From Thermoplasmata archaeon (lineage in GTDB: Archaea; Thermoplasmatota; Thermoplasmata; Lutacidiplasmatales; UBA184), in assembly GCA_030038605.1 (NCBI GenBank), contig JASHSU010000152.1, positions 285 through 64,284 of the forward strand: 64,000 nucleotides of DNA, written 5' to 3'. Positions within the stretch are counted from its first letter, which is position 1, and each line of letters begins with the position of its first letter. The position numbers and the translations under genes were made by a program. This document shows, piece by piece, positions 54,101 to 63,067 of the stretch. Below the pieces are notes generated by a model. It was given only the letters and a program-made list of their open reading frames with translations, did no database searches and was not told where the DNA came from.

Positions 54101-56164
54101 CGCGAAGGCCAGCACGTAGCCGGTCGTGTTCTGAGTTTGACCGTCGAACGTCACCGACCAATTCGTGCCGAGGGGAAGTCCGCCCTCGGTGAAAGTCACG
54201 GGGTACGTTGCCTGCGACCAGAGAATGGTCACAGACACCGACGTGCCGTTGACCGTGACGTTCCCCATCGTCGGCACAGCCGACCACCCCGGCGCGGCGC
54301 CGACCGCGTAGGGGTAGGTACCGTTTGCCAACGGAACGCTGAGGGAACCGGCTGTCGAACGGGTCGTCGTGCCGCCGATGGTCACGGACCACGGAGTGCC
54401 GACGGAAAGATTCAGGGCCGTGAAATTGACCGGATAAGTTACGGCCGTCCAGGGGACCTCGACCGACGCGTTGTACCCGTGGACCGTCACCGAGCCGGCG
54501 GGCGGTGGGGCGCGCCAGCCCGCCACTGGACCGACCGTGTAGGAGTACGTGCCGTTGGGCTCCAGGAAGGAGATCGTGGACCCCGTCGAGCTCTGCAGGA
54601 TCCCGCCCAAGGTCACACTCCAGGTCGTTCCGGCGGGCAGCCCGGACTCGCAGAACGTGGCCGAGTACGTGGAGCCGCCCACTCCGGACGTATCGGGGCG
54701 GCACACCGAGACCAGTACTACCGCCTGCGGTGGGAGGCTCCAACTGGTCGTCGAGCCGAACCCGCTGCTCGAGGTGAACGTTCCGTTGGTCGAGTTGGTC
54801 GCCTCCCACGTGGCGTAGGAGCCGTAGCCCGGGAAGAGAGGGCCCCCCAGATCGAGAGTGACAGTGTTCGTCGTCCCGGTGTTGACCGCGAGAACCGAGA
54901 CGGTGGTGTTCTCGTCCGACTCCGAAGCCGCAACGTACACCCCGCTGGCCGCTTTCGTCACGCTCGTGTTCAGGAGCGTCGGACCGAAGTGCGAGAGGAC
55001 CTGCGAGAACAGGGAGTCGACCGGACGGGCCTGCCCCGTCGCGTTGAACAGCGAGCCATTGTAGGCGGACTCTAGGTTGTAGAGTTCCGCGTTGTAGACG
55101 CTGCTGGTCATCATGATGATGTCCTCCGCTGCGACGTAAGGCACCTGAGGGTAGGTCTGCATGTACGGCTGCCAGGCCCCCGTCGTACCGGTCCCGCTCC
55201 CGTACTCATCCACAAAGAGTGGGATGTGGCAGCTGGAGCACGTCGCGTTGATCGCCTGCTCGTCGGCTACGAGGCGGGCTCGGAGCCCGTTCGTACCGCC
55301 CAGCGTACCGTAGAATTGGGCTACCGTTCCTGTGCCCTTGTTCTCGGCGGGGTACTCGTGGACGGCGACCCCCGCCAACCGGGGACCATTCAGGGCCACC
55401 GTCGCGTTGATCCAGGGTACATCCGAGGCGCTCCCCGCCCCGACGCCGGGGAGTCCGAGGATCCGGATCGACGAGTCAACCCCGCGCATGGCGGTGATGT
55501 ACTGACCCACGACCGCCGCGTACTGGGTCGCATTGACATGCGACGCGTCGGTCCCCTTCCAATTCGGCCACGAGATGTTGAAGTGCGTCCATCCGAACGG
55601 TTCGTCGCCGATCTCCCAGTACGCGGGGTGGAAGTGGAGGACATTTTCGGTGTAGCTGACCTCGTACGCGGCGAAACCGGGCTCGTCGATCTCGCCGGGG
55701 ACCGACAGGATCGCTTGGCAGTGGATGGAATTACACCAGTTGACGAAGTCGGATTCGTTCGAGCCTTCGGGCGTCGCATACCCGAAGGTCCACACGCTGC
55801 CGTTGACCATGTTGAAGGAATCGGAGAGCTTGCCCGCTGGATACTCTACCCAATCGAGGGAGGTGCCGTTGAGCTGAGTCGCGGCGCTGCCGTTCGGTGT
55901 CGATGCATCGACCCCGACGCCCCAGAACGACGAGAGGTTCGCCTCGGTTCGGTTGAGCACCGTGACCGCCTCGGTCGGCGCGGCGGGCGGGGCCGGTCGA
56001 TGACTCGTCGGCAGGGACGAGGGCGTGACGAGGGCCGGAGTGCTCGGGGCGGCCGGAGAGGTGCCGGGAATCTGCGGCACGAGAAGCATCGTAAGCACCA
56101 GGGCGAGCAGACCGAACTGCAGGGCCGAGGGCCGGACGAGGCCCCGGAACGATAGGTTACCCAT
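51137..56164 (-). CDS. Large membrane-anchored glycoside hydrolase (clan GH-A-like) on a stalk of Thermoplasmata-type repeats
   Basis: Signal peptide; YPAGKLSD, YWEIGDEP, AVHEY, LFVDEYG; 14 repeats; C-terminal TM helix. Confidence 0.75.
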   Translation of the reverse strand: MGNLSFRGLVRPSALQFGLLALVLTMLLVPQIPGTSPAAPSTPALVTPSSLPTSHRPAPPAAPTEAVTVLNRTEANLSSFWGVGVDASTPNGSAATQLNGTSLDWVEYPAGKLSDSFNMVNGSVWTFGYATPEGSNESDFVNWCNSIHCQAILSVPGEIDEPGFAAYEVSYTENVLHFHPAYWEIGDEPFGWTHFNISWPNWKGTDASHVNATQYAAVVGQYITAMRGVDSSIRILGLPGVGAGSASDVPWINATVALNGPRLAGVAVHEYPAENKGTGTVAQFYGTLGGTNGLRARLVADEQAINATCSSCHIPLFVDEYGSGTGTTGAWQPYMQTYPQVPYVAAEDIIMMTSSVYNAELYNLESAYNGSLFNATGQARPVDSLFSQVLSHFGPTLLNTSVTKAASGVYVAASESDENTTVSVLAVNTGTTNTVTLDLGGPLFPGYGSYATWEATNSTNGTFTSSSGFGSTTSWSLPPQAVVLVSVCRPDTSGVGGSTYSATFCESGLPAGTTWSVTLGGILQSSTGSTISFLEPNGTYSYTVGPVAGWRAPPPAGSVTVHGYNASVEVPWTAVTYPVNFTALNLSVGTPWSVTIGGTTTRSTAGSLSVPLANGTYPYAVGAAPGWSAVPTMGNVTVNGTSVSVTILWSQATYPVTFTEGGLPLGTNWSVTFDGQTQNTTGYVLAFAVPNGTFSYAVNSSSLETPSAPSGSLSVSGAPLAVNISWTDSPNPVIFEPVGLPSSLPWSVDLNGTPQRGTGNLSYNESTGSYRYTIGPVAGWTTSPYASSVAVSGATTVRIDWTQDVYNVTFLESNLPLKNLSWTGNWSATIDGKTLTTHLGTYLTFWLPNGTYCFAVSATDGWVATPASGCLTVNGTGQVVSPYFNRVFYSVTFIESGLPKGGQWWVNFTSREGQTSYSTTDVIRIYNGTYTFLIAAAARSYVAFPRMGVFTVAGGPLNITLTFGFGYNVTFVETNLTSGTNWTVSVANESSNWATTPDVGFFLPNGTYSYTVGIVPGFVTTQSGSFTVAGPGRTVPIDFTVARYAITFRETNLTSGEAWSVSVDDVANSSYSTQVSGMTANLTVWLPNGSRYVATYGAVLGWTPNPSSVTFSVQGKNESYSVYWVGTLYAVTFSESGLNLGLTWAVTLHGVSDPALWANGSAKAGSSIVFTVLDGSYTYQVGSIRNFTASENGTGTVDVAGGSVSESVQFAPFTYTLRFAPTGLPADKNWSVLLTGGNLGEPLFNYSVGGAITFQVQNGTYHFVVGYLGGWYAAPRNGSVTVDAAATNVAIAWALQLYTVTFTAADNATAGQNWSVVLNGTLGWNATGGPIEFFVPNGSYPFTVSPLTGLAASPRMGTEYVDGGDLLTTIVWTSAYVVTFTETGLATGATWSVTVNGTPLSSTTTTLNFSELDGHYRYAVSPPANWGCVPASGTLTVNGAAVGVALTCSLTTYTVTFNETGLPAGSAWSVAVGNQTDTAHVSSLSLSLPNGNWTYVVNGPEGWVTPNATGTVLVAGHDVTVSLAWSRPIYSVTFTEVGLPGGTSWSVTLNGSTVAGTGTSIVFEEANRAYTFSVGSVSGYTVSPSGGSVTVNGASVLVTVQFTSKANTNSANEILGVPVLETVGLLAVIVVVVALVWVATHRTPPQRKGPVQEYTPPTSGGTTDPAATPPAPPSA
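51355..54670 (-). repeat. 14 degenerate protein-level repeats (about 75-85 aa) YxVTFxExGLPxGTxWSV...NGTY
   Basis: Counted in the translation of 51137..56164; boundaries approximate. Confidence 0.8.
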
Positions 56165-56346
56165 GGGGTGCAGTCAAACCGGAATTCTCCCCCCTCGTTA
56201 AACTGACGGTCGCACGGTCCATCTCGGACTCCGCGGGAACCCGAGACGTGCGCGGGCGTCGCGCCGCCTAACGAAGGCTCGCCGAGGTGCTGGTCGAGAA
56301 CGGCGAATTTCGCCAGCGTGAAGTAGTCGCGCTCGGTCGCGCACGC

Positions 56347-59346
56347 ATGTCCGGAAAGGTTCTGGGCTCGATCGCCCTGGTTGTGATCCTAGCACTCAGC
56401 TCATTGGCGGTCATCGGCTCGGGCGCTGTAGCATCGAGCTCTCCGGCCGGGGGCGATTCTCCATCCACGACTTCGGCCCTGTCCACCACCGGTAGTGCCG
56501 GGGCGGGGTCCGTGGACGCCCCGATTTCGCAGACGGTCCCGGCGTATTGTGCCGCCTTGACCACCTCGAGCAACGATCCGGGGTACGCCACATTCCTTCA
56601 GCACGTGCACTCGATCGCCCGGGGGGCTATGTCCGCAGGCCTCCCGGCCTCGGACCTGCATCTACCGTACGCGGGACCGATTCCCGACCAGACCGTGGGC
56701 GGGGTCGCCATGGCGGGTAGCCAACTGAGCCAGGACTGCAGCCGCAACGCGCCATCGGCACCCCAGACCGACCCCACGGGTGTGGCCTACGATGGCCAGA
56801 CCGACGTGAACGGGGTCCATGACCTAACCCTCGAGTCGAACAGCGTCGCCGGCATACTGACCGTCAACAACCAACCCGAGAACTTCTACCCGGGCAGTGC
56901 CACCCCGACCACCTGGGGAGCCCAGGAGAACGTCGTCCTGGCGAACGTGACCCTCCGCGGTTCGGAGTGTCCGACGGATCCCTGCTCGCCCGTGGGCGAC
57001 GGGAACTACGCCTTCTGGGTCCAGAACGTCGTCTCCTACGACTCCCACAACGACACGATCTACTTCGTGGACGACACGTGGAACTTCACGAGCTACTCGT
57101 CCGAGATGTTCAACTCGTCCCTGGTGCGCTGGTCGCCGGACGGCGGGAACTACACCGGCGTCTGGGTCGCGTACTCGCCGTACTTCCATGTGGCTCCCCC
57201 GTTCACCGTCACGACCTACGTCAACACGTCGGTCGACTCCGCGGGGGATCAGATCCTGTGGTACAACTACAGCATCCAATCGCCGACGGTGTCGGTGGCC
57301 CACGGCAACTACGACTACCTGGTCTTCGAGTCGCAGCGGCCGCACCACGCCCGAACGGCCGTCGCCCCGCCCGACTTCGAGGCGAGCGCGGTCACCAATC
57401 ACGTCGTGACGGACGGCTACGAGTTCGACGCGTTCATCGGGGCGGACGACGGGTCGAACCAGCTGATGCTGAGCGCCAACGCGACCATGCAGGTCCAGTA
57501 CTGCGACCGCACGCCGTACTGTACACCGACCCACTTCCACTACGCCAACGTCCCGGCGGCCGTCAACTACGGCAGTCAGACCGGCGAGCAAACGGTCGGG
57601 ATCGCCGTCAACTACGTCGGGGCGACCGCGTATCTGTCGGGCGGACCGTTGATCCTGCACGGACTCTGGAACTTCACGGGTCAGACGGGCGTGGCGGCCG
57701 GCGCGACGCCCGTCCGGAATGCCATCACGGTGACCGGCGACCCCGAGGGGTCCCTCACCGCGCAACCCTACGTCTTCCTCTTCCTCAAGGACCAGGCGTT
57801 CGTCTCGGAAGGGTACCAGTGGGCGCCCGACGTTCCGACCTGGTACCTCATGCCCGGGACGTACCACTACAAGGTGGAGCTGGCCGACTACGCCATCGCC
57901 CGCGGGGTCCTTCACGTCGGCTCGGGGGCGGCCACGCTCAAGGTCACGCTCCACTACGACGCGTTCATGGGCGTCTACACGCCCCTCTGGGCGTTCGACA
58001 ACGGGCAGCTCGCGGGCATCTCCTCGTCCGGCGACGGGACGTTGGCCGACCAGTATGTGCCGTTCAACAATCCCACCACCGCATCCTCCGGTTTTCCCGT
58101 GGGCAACCTGAGCCCGGAGTTCCTGAGCTACAACGACTACGCGTACCCCTCGTTCCCGGGCGTGCTGTTGGACGGCACGAGCGCGTACGTCGATCTCAAC
58201 GCACCGCCGACGTTCGGGGTCGGGACCGAGTTCGGCCTTCCGTTCTACCTCGGGATCGAGTTCTTCGACACGTCCCACGTCTCGCTGGTGCACGACGCGT
58301 TCGTCCAAGGCTGGCCGGCCTGGGGGGAGATCTCGTTCTACTATGACGTCCCCGCGTCGCAGAACCCCGCTCCCCAGGCGGAGGTGTTCGTGTGGAACTC
58401 GACCCACGACCTGATCGCCCAGAACAACTTCGTCGGGACCACGAGCTTCTACGGCTCGACCCCTCCGGACGCCCTGGTCCTCTATGGGGGTACCGACAAC
58501 GTCGTCTGGGGCAACGTCTTCTCCGACGCTCCCGGCGCGGCCCTCAACGTCACGGGCCAGTACGCGGGCGTCGGTCTCGGAGAGTCCGGCGACCTGCTGT
58601 ACAACAACAACTTCAGCGTCGACAACCCGATCGTCTACCTCCCGTACAATTGGCCGAACGTCGCGGACTGCCTCCCCCAGTCCCTGGGCGGTTGCGCGGA
58701 CCGCGCCCATCACAACGGCTGGTTCTACAACGACCCGGCGAACGTCGTCGGCAACACCTGGAACGTGACGCTCCAGCCCGCCAGCAACGTCGCCACCACG
58801 GTCAACGGGTTCCCGTTGAGCGGTAACGTCCTCGGGCCGTGGGAGACGACCCAGGGTGGCAACTATTACTGGAACTACGGGACGACGCCGAACGGCTTCG
58901 CGCGCTACCCGTACGTCGACCGGTTTTTCTACAGCGACTGGTCGGAGATCTTCCCGCTCGGCTGCGGGTCGATCGAGGCGGCCAACGCGCCGTGCGGCAC
59001 GCCGCCGCCCGTCGTCGGGTCGTACCACGATGGCATCGCCACCGGGGGCGACTACGCGCCATACGGCCCGACCCTGCGCTTCGCCGAGTCCGGATTGCCG
59101 TCCGGAACGGTCTGGCACGTGGACGTGAACGGGCACTGGTACTCGACGACCGGAACGGTGCTGTTCGTGCGGCTCGCTTACGGCAACGCCACGTTCGACG
59201 CGGGGGCCCACGGATGGGTCGCCCACGGTGGGAGCGGAACGGTCGTGGCCGACGGCCTCATCAGCATCCATCTCCACTTCACCCGATCCGGCGCCGCCCC
59301 CTCGTCCGGCCCGACGGTCGAGCTCATCGCGCGGACGCCGGCGTAA
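56347..59346 (+). CDS. Thermopsin-family (peptidase A5) secreted protease with C-terminal beta-helix-like region
   Basis: PTGVAYDG, AQENVVL, FWVQNVV, FVDDTWNFTS, GGNYYWNY, one FAESGLPSGT.W repeat. Confidence 0.82.
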   Translation: MSGKVLGSIALVVILALSSLAVIGSGAVASSSPAGGDSPSTTSALSTTGSAGAGSVDAPISQTVPAYCAALTTSSNDPGYATFLQHVHSIARGAMSAGLPASDLHLPYAGPIPDQTVGGVAMAGSQLSQDCSRNAPSAPQTDPTGVAYDGQTDVNGVHDLTLESNSVAGILTVNNQPENFYPGSATPTTWGAQENVVLANVTLRGSECPTDPCSPVGDGNYAFWVQNVVSYDSHNDTIYFVDDTWNFTSYSSEMFNSSLVRWSPDGGNYTGVWVAYSPYFHVAPPFTVTTYVNTSVDSAGDQILWYNYSIQSPTVSVAHGNYDYLVFESQRPHHARTAVAPPDFEASAVTNHVVTDGYEFDAFIGADDGSNQLMLSANATMQVQYCDRTPYCTPTHFHYANVPAAVNYGSQTGEQTVGIAVNYVGATAYLSGGPLILHGLWNFTGQTGVAAGATPVRNAITVTGDPEGSLTAQPYVFLFLKDQAFVSEGYQWAPDVPTWYLMPGTYHYKVELADYAIARGVLHVGSGAATLKVTLHYDAFMGVYTPLWAFDNGQLAGISSSGDGTLADQYVPFNNPTTASSGFPVGNLSPEFLSYNDYAYPSFPGVLLDGTSAYVDLNAPPTFGVGTEFGLPFYLGIEFFDTSHVSLVHDAFVQGWPAWGEISFYYDVPASQNPAPQAEVFVWNSTHDLIAQNNFVGTTSFYGSTPPDALVLYGGTDNVVWGNVFSDAPGAALNVTGQYAGVGLGESGDLLYNNNFSVDNPIVYLPYNWPNVADCLPQSLGGCADRAHHNGWFYNDPANVVGNTWNVTLQPASNVATTVNGFPLSGNVLGPWETTQGGNYYWNYGTTPNGFARYPYVDRFFYSDWSEIFPLGCGSIEAANAPCGTPPPVVGSYHDGIATGGDYAPYGPTLRFAESGLPSGTVWHVDVNGHWYSTTGTVLFVRLAYGNATFDAGAHGWVAHGGSGTVVADGLISIHLHFTRSGAAPSSGPTVELIARTPA

Positions 59347-59472
59347 CCTCGAGGGCCCCAACGTACCCCCCGTCGGGCCTTGCTCGGCCGAGGGGCCGAA
59401 GATTTGCAGGCCGACGGCTGGAGGCGGGCGTGAGTGGCTCGCTCACCGCCCCCCACGAGGGCCCCTGAGACC

Positions 59473-60723
59473 GTGACCAGCCCTCCTTCGGGGCCCCCGT
59501 TCGGGCCGAGTCGCTGGCCGTTCCGCTGGGTCGCTTTCGTGCTCGCGGTCACGGCCTTCGGGGCCGGGGTCCCCACGCCGCTCTACGCCCTCTATCAGCA
59601 ACAGTACCACTTCTCCTCCCTGGTCCTGACAGCGATTTTCGCGGCCTACGCCGCCGGGGTCCTGGCGACGATGCTCTTGATCGGGCCGCTGGCCGACTTC
59701 GTGGGTCGCAAGCCGGTCCTGTACGCCGGCATGGCACTCACGGCCGCGAGCGGGGTCGTCTTCCTCCTGGCCTCCGGCGTCCTCCTCCTGGCCCTCGCGC
59801 GGGTCGTCTCGGGGCTGGCCGTCGGTGCCACGACCAGCACGTCGAACGCGGCGATGTCCAGCCTGGAGCCCCGTCGAGACCAACACCACGTAGCCCGCGT
59901 CTCTGTGGCGGCGAACTTCGGCGGCGTCGCGTCGGGGGTGCTCCTGAGCGGATTCCTCGTCGCCGACGCTCCCCAGCCGACGCACCTGGTGTTCGGTGTG
60001 CTCATCCTGGCCAGTCTGGTGGGCATGGTGGCGGTGGCGTCGACGCCCGAGACCGGGGTCCGTTCCGCCGCCGAGGGACGTCCCCGTCTGCAGCGGCCCA
60101 CCGTCCCCTCCGGCCTCCGGGGGCCCTTCTGGGTCGCCGCCGGGTCGCTGGCCGCCTGCTACGCGATCTACGGCTACTTCGGCGCGATGGCGCCGACCTT
60201 TCTTCGCCACGACCTGGGCGTACCGAACCCCACCAGTGCCGCCCTGGTGGCGACCATGTTCGGCCTCGCCGCGATCGTCCAGCTGTGGCTCGGCCAGGTC
60301 CGGGACCGGCGGGCTCTTCTGATCGGTCTCCCGACCATCCTGGGGGCGACGCTCCTGCTGACGGTCGCCTGGCCGATCCCGTCGTACCCGCTGTTCGTCG
60401 TCGGGGACGCCGCCCTCGGGATCGGCATCGGGTTCGCGTACATGGGCAGTGTGACCCTGATCGACCGGGTCTCCCCGGCGACCTCGCGGGGCGACATCCT
60501 GTCCGCGTTCTTCACCGTCGGATACGTTTCCCTCGCGATCCCCACGATCGGGGTCGGGGCCGTCGCCAGCGCGTTCGGCTTGGTCGTCGCCGCGAGCTCG
60601 TTCGGAGTCGTCCTCGCCGTCGCGGTCGCACTGCTCTACCGGGCCACCCGGGCCACCCCTACGCCTCCCGGCGGCGAGGGTCGCCCACGCGGCGCGGATG
60701 GACAAGCCCGCCCTCCCGGGTGA
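59473..60723 (+). CDS. MFS transporter
   Basis: PTPLYALY, GPLADFVGRKPVL motif A, about 12 TM helices. Confidence 0.92.
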   Translation: MTSPPSGPPFGPSRWPFRWVAFVLAVTAFGAGVPTPLYALYQQQYHFSSLVLTAIFAAYAAGVLATMLLIGPLADFVGRKPVLYAGMALTAASGVVFLLASGVLLLALARVVSGLAVGATTSTSNAAMSSLEPRRDQHHVARVSVAANFGGVASGVLLSGFLVADAPQPTHLVFGVLILASLVGMVAVASTPETGVRSAAEGRPRLQRPTVPSGLRGPFWVAAGSLAACYAIYGYFGAMAPTFLRHDLGVPNPTSAALVATMFGLAAIVQLWLGQVRDRRALLIGLPTILGATLLLTVAWPIPSYPLFVVGDAALGIGIGFAYMGSVTLIDRVSPATSRGDILSAFFTVGYVSLAIPTIGVGAVASAFGLVVAASSFGVVLAVAVALLYRATRATPTPPGGEGRPRGADGQARPPG

Positions 60724-60744
60724 CCCCCGTCCGCCCGCGGTGGG

Positions 60745-61893
60745 TCAGGGAGAGGGTCGACCCCACGCCGGCAGCTCGATCCCGAGGTCCGCAAACCGGA
60801 GCGCCCCCGCCGGAGAGAGGACCTTCTCGGTCTTCCCGCTGATGACGGTCACGGTGTTCGAAACGTGGTTGACGACGTAGACGTCCCGGTTCGAACTGTC
60901 GAAGGTGATGCCGTCCGGATGGGTGCCCACGGCGACGGTCGTGACGACCGTCGCGTTCGACCCGTTGATCACCGTCACACTGTCCGAGTCCCGGTCGGTG
61001 ACGTAGACGTACCGGTTCGAGCTGTCGTACGCGACGCCCTGCGGGTACTTCCCGACCGGAACGGAGGTGACGACCCGGTCGCTCGTGCCGTTGACGACGG
61101 TGACGTTGTTCGAGAGGGTGTTGGCCACGAACAGGTCGCCGCTCGCCCGGTCGTACGCCACCAGACGGGGCGCGTCGCCCACCGGGACCGACCCGACCAC
61201 CTTGTCGTTCTTGGCGTTGATCACCGTCAGGTTGTTCGTGCCCTCGTCGGCCACGAACAGGCGCTTGGCGGCGCTGTCGTACGCGATACCGTCGGGAAGC
61301 CCTCCGACCGGGATCGCGCCGACGACCGCGTCGGTGGCCCCATTGATGACGGTGACGTTGTTCGAGTCGTGGTTGGTGACATACACGTACCGGTTCGAGC
61401 TGTCGAAGGCGCCCACACGGGGCCCGCTCCCAACCGCGATCGAACCGACGACGGCGTTGGTCGCCCCGTCGATCACGGTGACGTTGTTCGAGTTCGCGTC
61501 GCCGACGTAGAGGTCGTTGTTCGCGCTGTCGAACGCGATTCCGTCCGGAGCCGCCCCGACCGGGATCGAGCGCACGACCGAGTCGGTCACGCCGCTGATC
61601 ACCGAGACGTTGTCGGTCCCGGCGTTGTCGACGTACACGTCCTGGTTCGAGCTGTCGAAGGTCGCGCCCTCGGGTCCGTTGCCCACCGGGACGGGGAGGG
61701 TGGCCGGGGACAGTCCCGTTCGAGCGGATGCGAGCAGCTCCACGCTTAACCCGGGACCGCCGCCCGCCACCTCGTGGTTTGAGAGCGGAAGGGCGATGCA
61801 GAGCGAGGAGAACAGCAGGACAGTGCCCAACCCGACGAGGACGAGTCGCCACCGGGCGGTAACCATCGAGCCCCGGACGGCGGGCCCGTTCAT
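60745..61893 (-). CDS. YVTN/YncE-type 7-bladed beta-propeller surface protein
   Basis: Seven PxGxxxDxxxxxxYVxNxxSNxVTVI repeats after a signal peptide. Confidence 0.88.
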   Translation of the reverse strand: MNGPAVRGSMVTARWRLVLVGLGTVLLFSSLCIALPLSNHEVAGGGPGLSVELLASARTGLSPATLPVPVGNGPEGATFDSSNQDVYVDNAGTDNVSVISGVTDSVVRSIPVGAAPDGIAFDSANNDLYVGDANSNNVTVIDGATNAVVGSIAVGSGPRVGAFDSSNRYVYVTNHDSNNVTVINGATDAVVGAIPVGGLPDGIAYDSAAKRLFVADEGTNNLTVINAKNDKVVGSVPVGDAPRLVAYDRASGDLFVANTLSNNVTVVNGTSDRVVTSVPVGKYPQGVAYDSSNRYVYVTDRDSDSVTVINGSNATVVTTVAVGTHPDGITFDSSNRDVYVVNHVSNTVTVISGKTEKVLSPAGALRFADLGIELPAWGRPSP

Positions 61894-62061
61894 CAGGCCT
61901 CCGCGATCCCGCGTATGCGGGAATCCGTGCGTTTGCTCTCGAAGAATTCGCGATTGCGTCGGACGCTCACCGAAAGCGAGACGAGTCCGTACGGTGCGCG
62001 CGGACTCCGTTTCGACGCAGCTCGCTCGGCGCAGCGAAACCTCGCGAGTCCGAATTCGAAG

Positions 62062-62163
62062 TGTCGGAGGGGGGATTTGAACCCCCGGCCCCAGGATCTC
62101 TCCCGGGACGCGGTCCGCGTCCCGCTATGAGTCCCGTGCTCTACCGGGCTGAGCCACTCCGAC
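62062..62163 (-). tRNA. tRNA-Met(CAT), elongator type, with a 28-nt intron at 37/38 (intron 62098-62125)
   Basis: GTCGGAG/CTCCGAC acceptor stem, CT-CAT-A then GC-rich intron hairpin, relaxed bulge-helix-bulge, GGGGG-TTCAAAT-CCCCC T arm. Confidence 0.92.
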
Positions 62164-62188
62164 AGCGAACCGGGGCCCCACGTCCGAC

Positions 62189-62911
62189 CTAGGCCGTCGG
62201 GGCATCGGCACCGGCCGCGACCGCCTCGGGCTCCGTCGGTCCCGACGGGGCCTCGGGCTCGGCCGGGGATGGGCTGGTAGGAATCTCGTCCGCGATCACG
62301 CCGAGCACGTCCGACGTGCGCAGCTCGATCTTCTTGAGCGGGTACAGGGTCTTCACGCCGTACGCCAAGGCCTTAGCGAGGTCCCCGCCGAGCATCTCGC
62401 GGACGAACTCGACCGCGGTGTGCGACGCGGCCTGCTCCGTCAGCACCTGGACCATCTGGTGGCGGAGCTCGGCCCGAAGGCGGGTCTGAAGCCGCTGCTC
62501 GCCCACCGCGACGGGCTTGACCACGATCTGAACGCCATCCTTGGTCGTGACGACCACGGACAGGTCGATCTTGGAGCGCTTGCGGCGGGCCAATCGCCGA
62601 ACGTAATCGGACGTCAGGTCGTGGCCGATGAACCGCGTTTCGGCGACTCCGTCCCCGGAGATCCGGTCGACTTGGAATCGGAGCTTCACGTGCGCCTTCC
62701 CTGCGTCGGCAACGCCCGAGATCTCTGGGAGGGTCGTCTCGAGGGTACGCCCGATGAGCTGCTCGGGCTCGGTCGCCACCGTCTCGCCCAGCTCGGCATG
62801 CTGGAACAGCCCGGGGGCGCGGATCTTGTACGAGTGCTTGGAGCGCCACTTGTCCTTGACCGTCCGGGCCAAGGTCGCCTTCTTCGCTCCGGTCGCCTCT
62901 TTCTCGGCCAT
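62189..62911 (-). CDS. rps3ae: 30S ribosomal protein S3Ae (eS1)
   Basis: KDKWRSK..Y.IRAP, GHDLTSDYVRRLARRKRSKID, LYPLKKIE. Confidence 0.95.
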   Translation of the reverse strand: MAEKEATGAKKATLARTVKDKWRSKHSYKIRAPGLFQHAELGETVATEPEQLIGRTLETTLPEISGVADAGKAHVKLRFQVDRISGDGVAETRFIGHDLTSDYVRRLARRKRSKIDLSVVVTTKDGVQIVVKPVAVGEQRLQTRLRAELRHQMVQVLTEQAASHTAVEFVREMLGGDLAKALAYGVKTLYPLKKIELRTSDVLGVIADEIPTSPSPAEPEAPSGPTEPEAVAAGADAPTA

Positions 62912-63067
62912 GGCGCGGCGCGCCGAGCAGGGTACCCTACTTAACCGTTCCTCGGATTCGCCATCACTCTCTCCCCGAGAACCGCGCGGACGAGGTCGTC
63001 CGACACCCGGGAACCTCCGCGCGCAGGGCACGGGGACAATAGGGAGCGTCGGTTGGGCCCTTGGCCC

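Noticed and set aside
60850-61700. Regularly spaced repeats of about 126 bp that could suggest a CRISPR array
   Set aside because: Degenerate in-frame YVTN propeller blades; no identical repeats with unique spacers and no cas genes
61894-62061. Hairpin GAGTCCG...CGGACTC downstream of tRNA-Met as a possible ncRNA
   Set aside because: A short GC stem is expected by chance or as a tRNA trailer; no recognisable RNA family features
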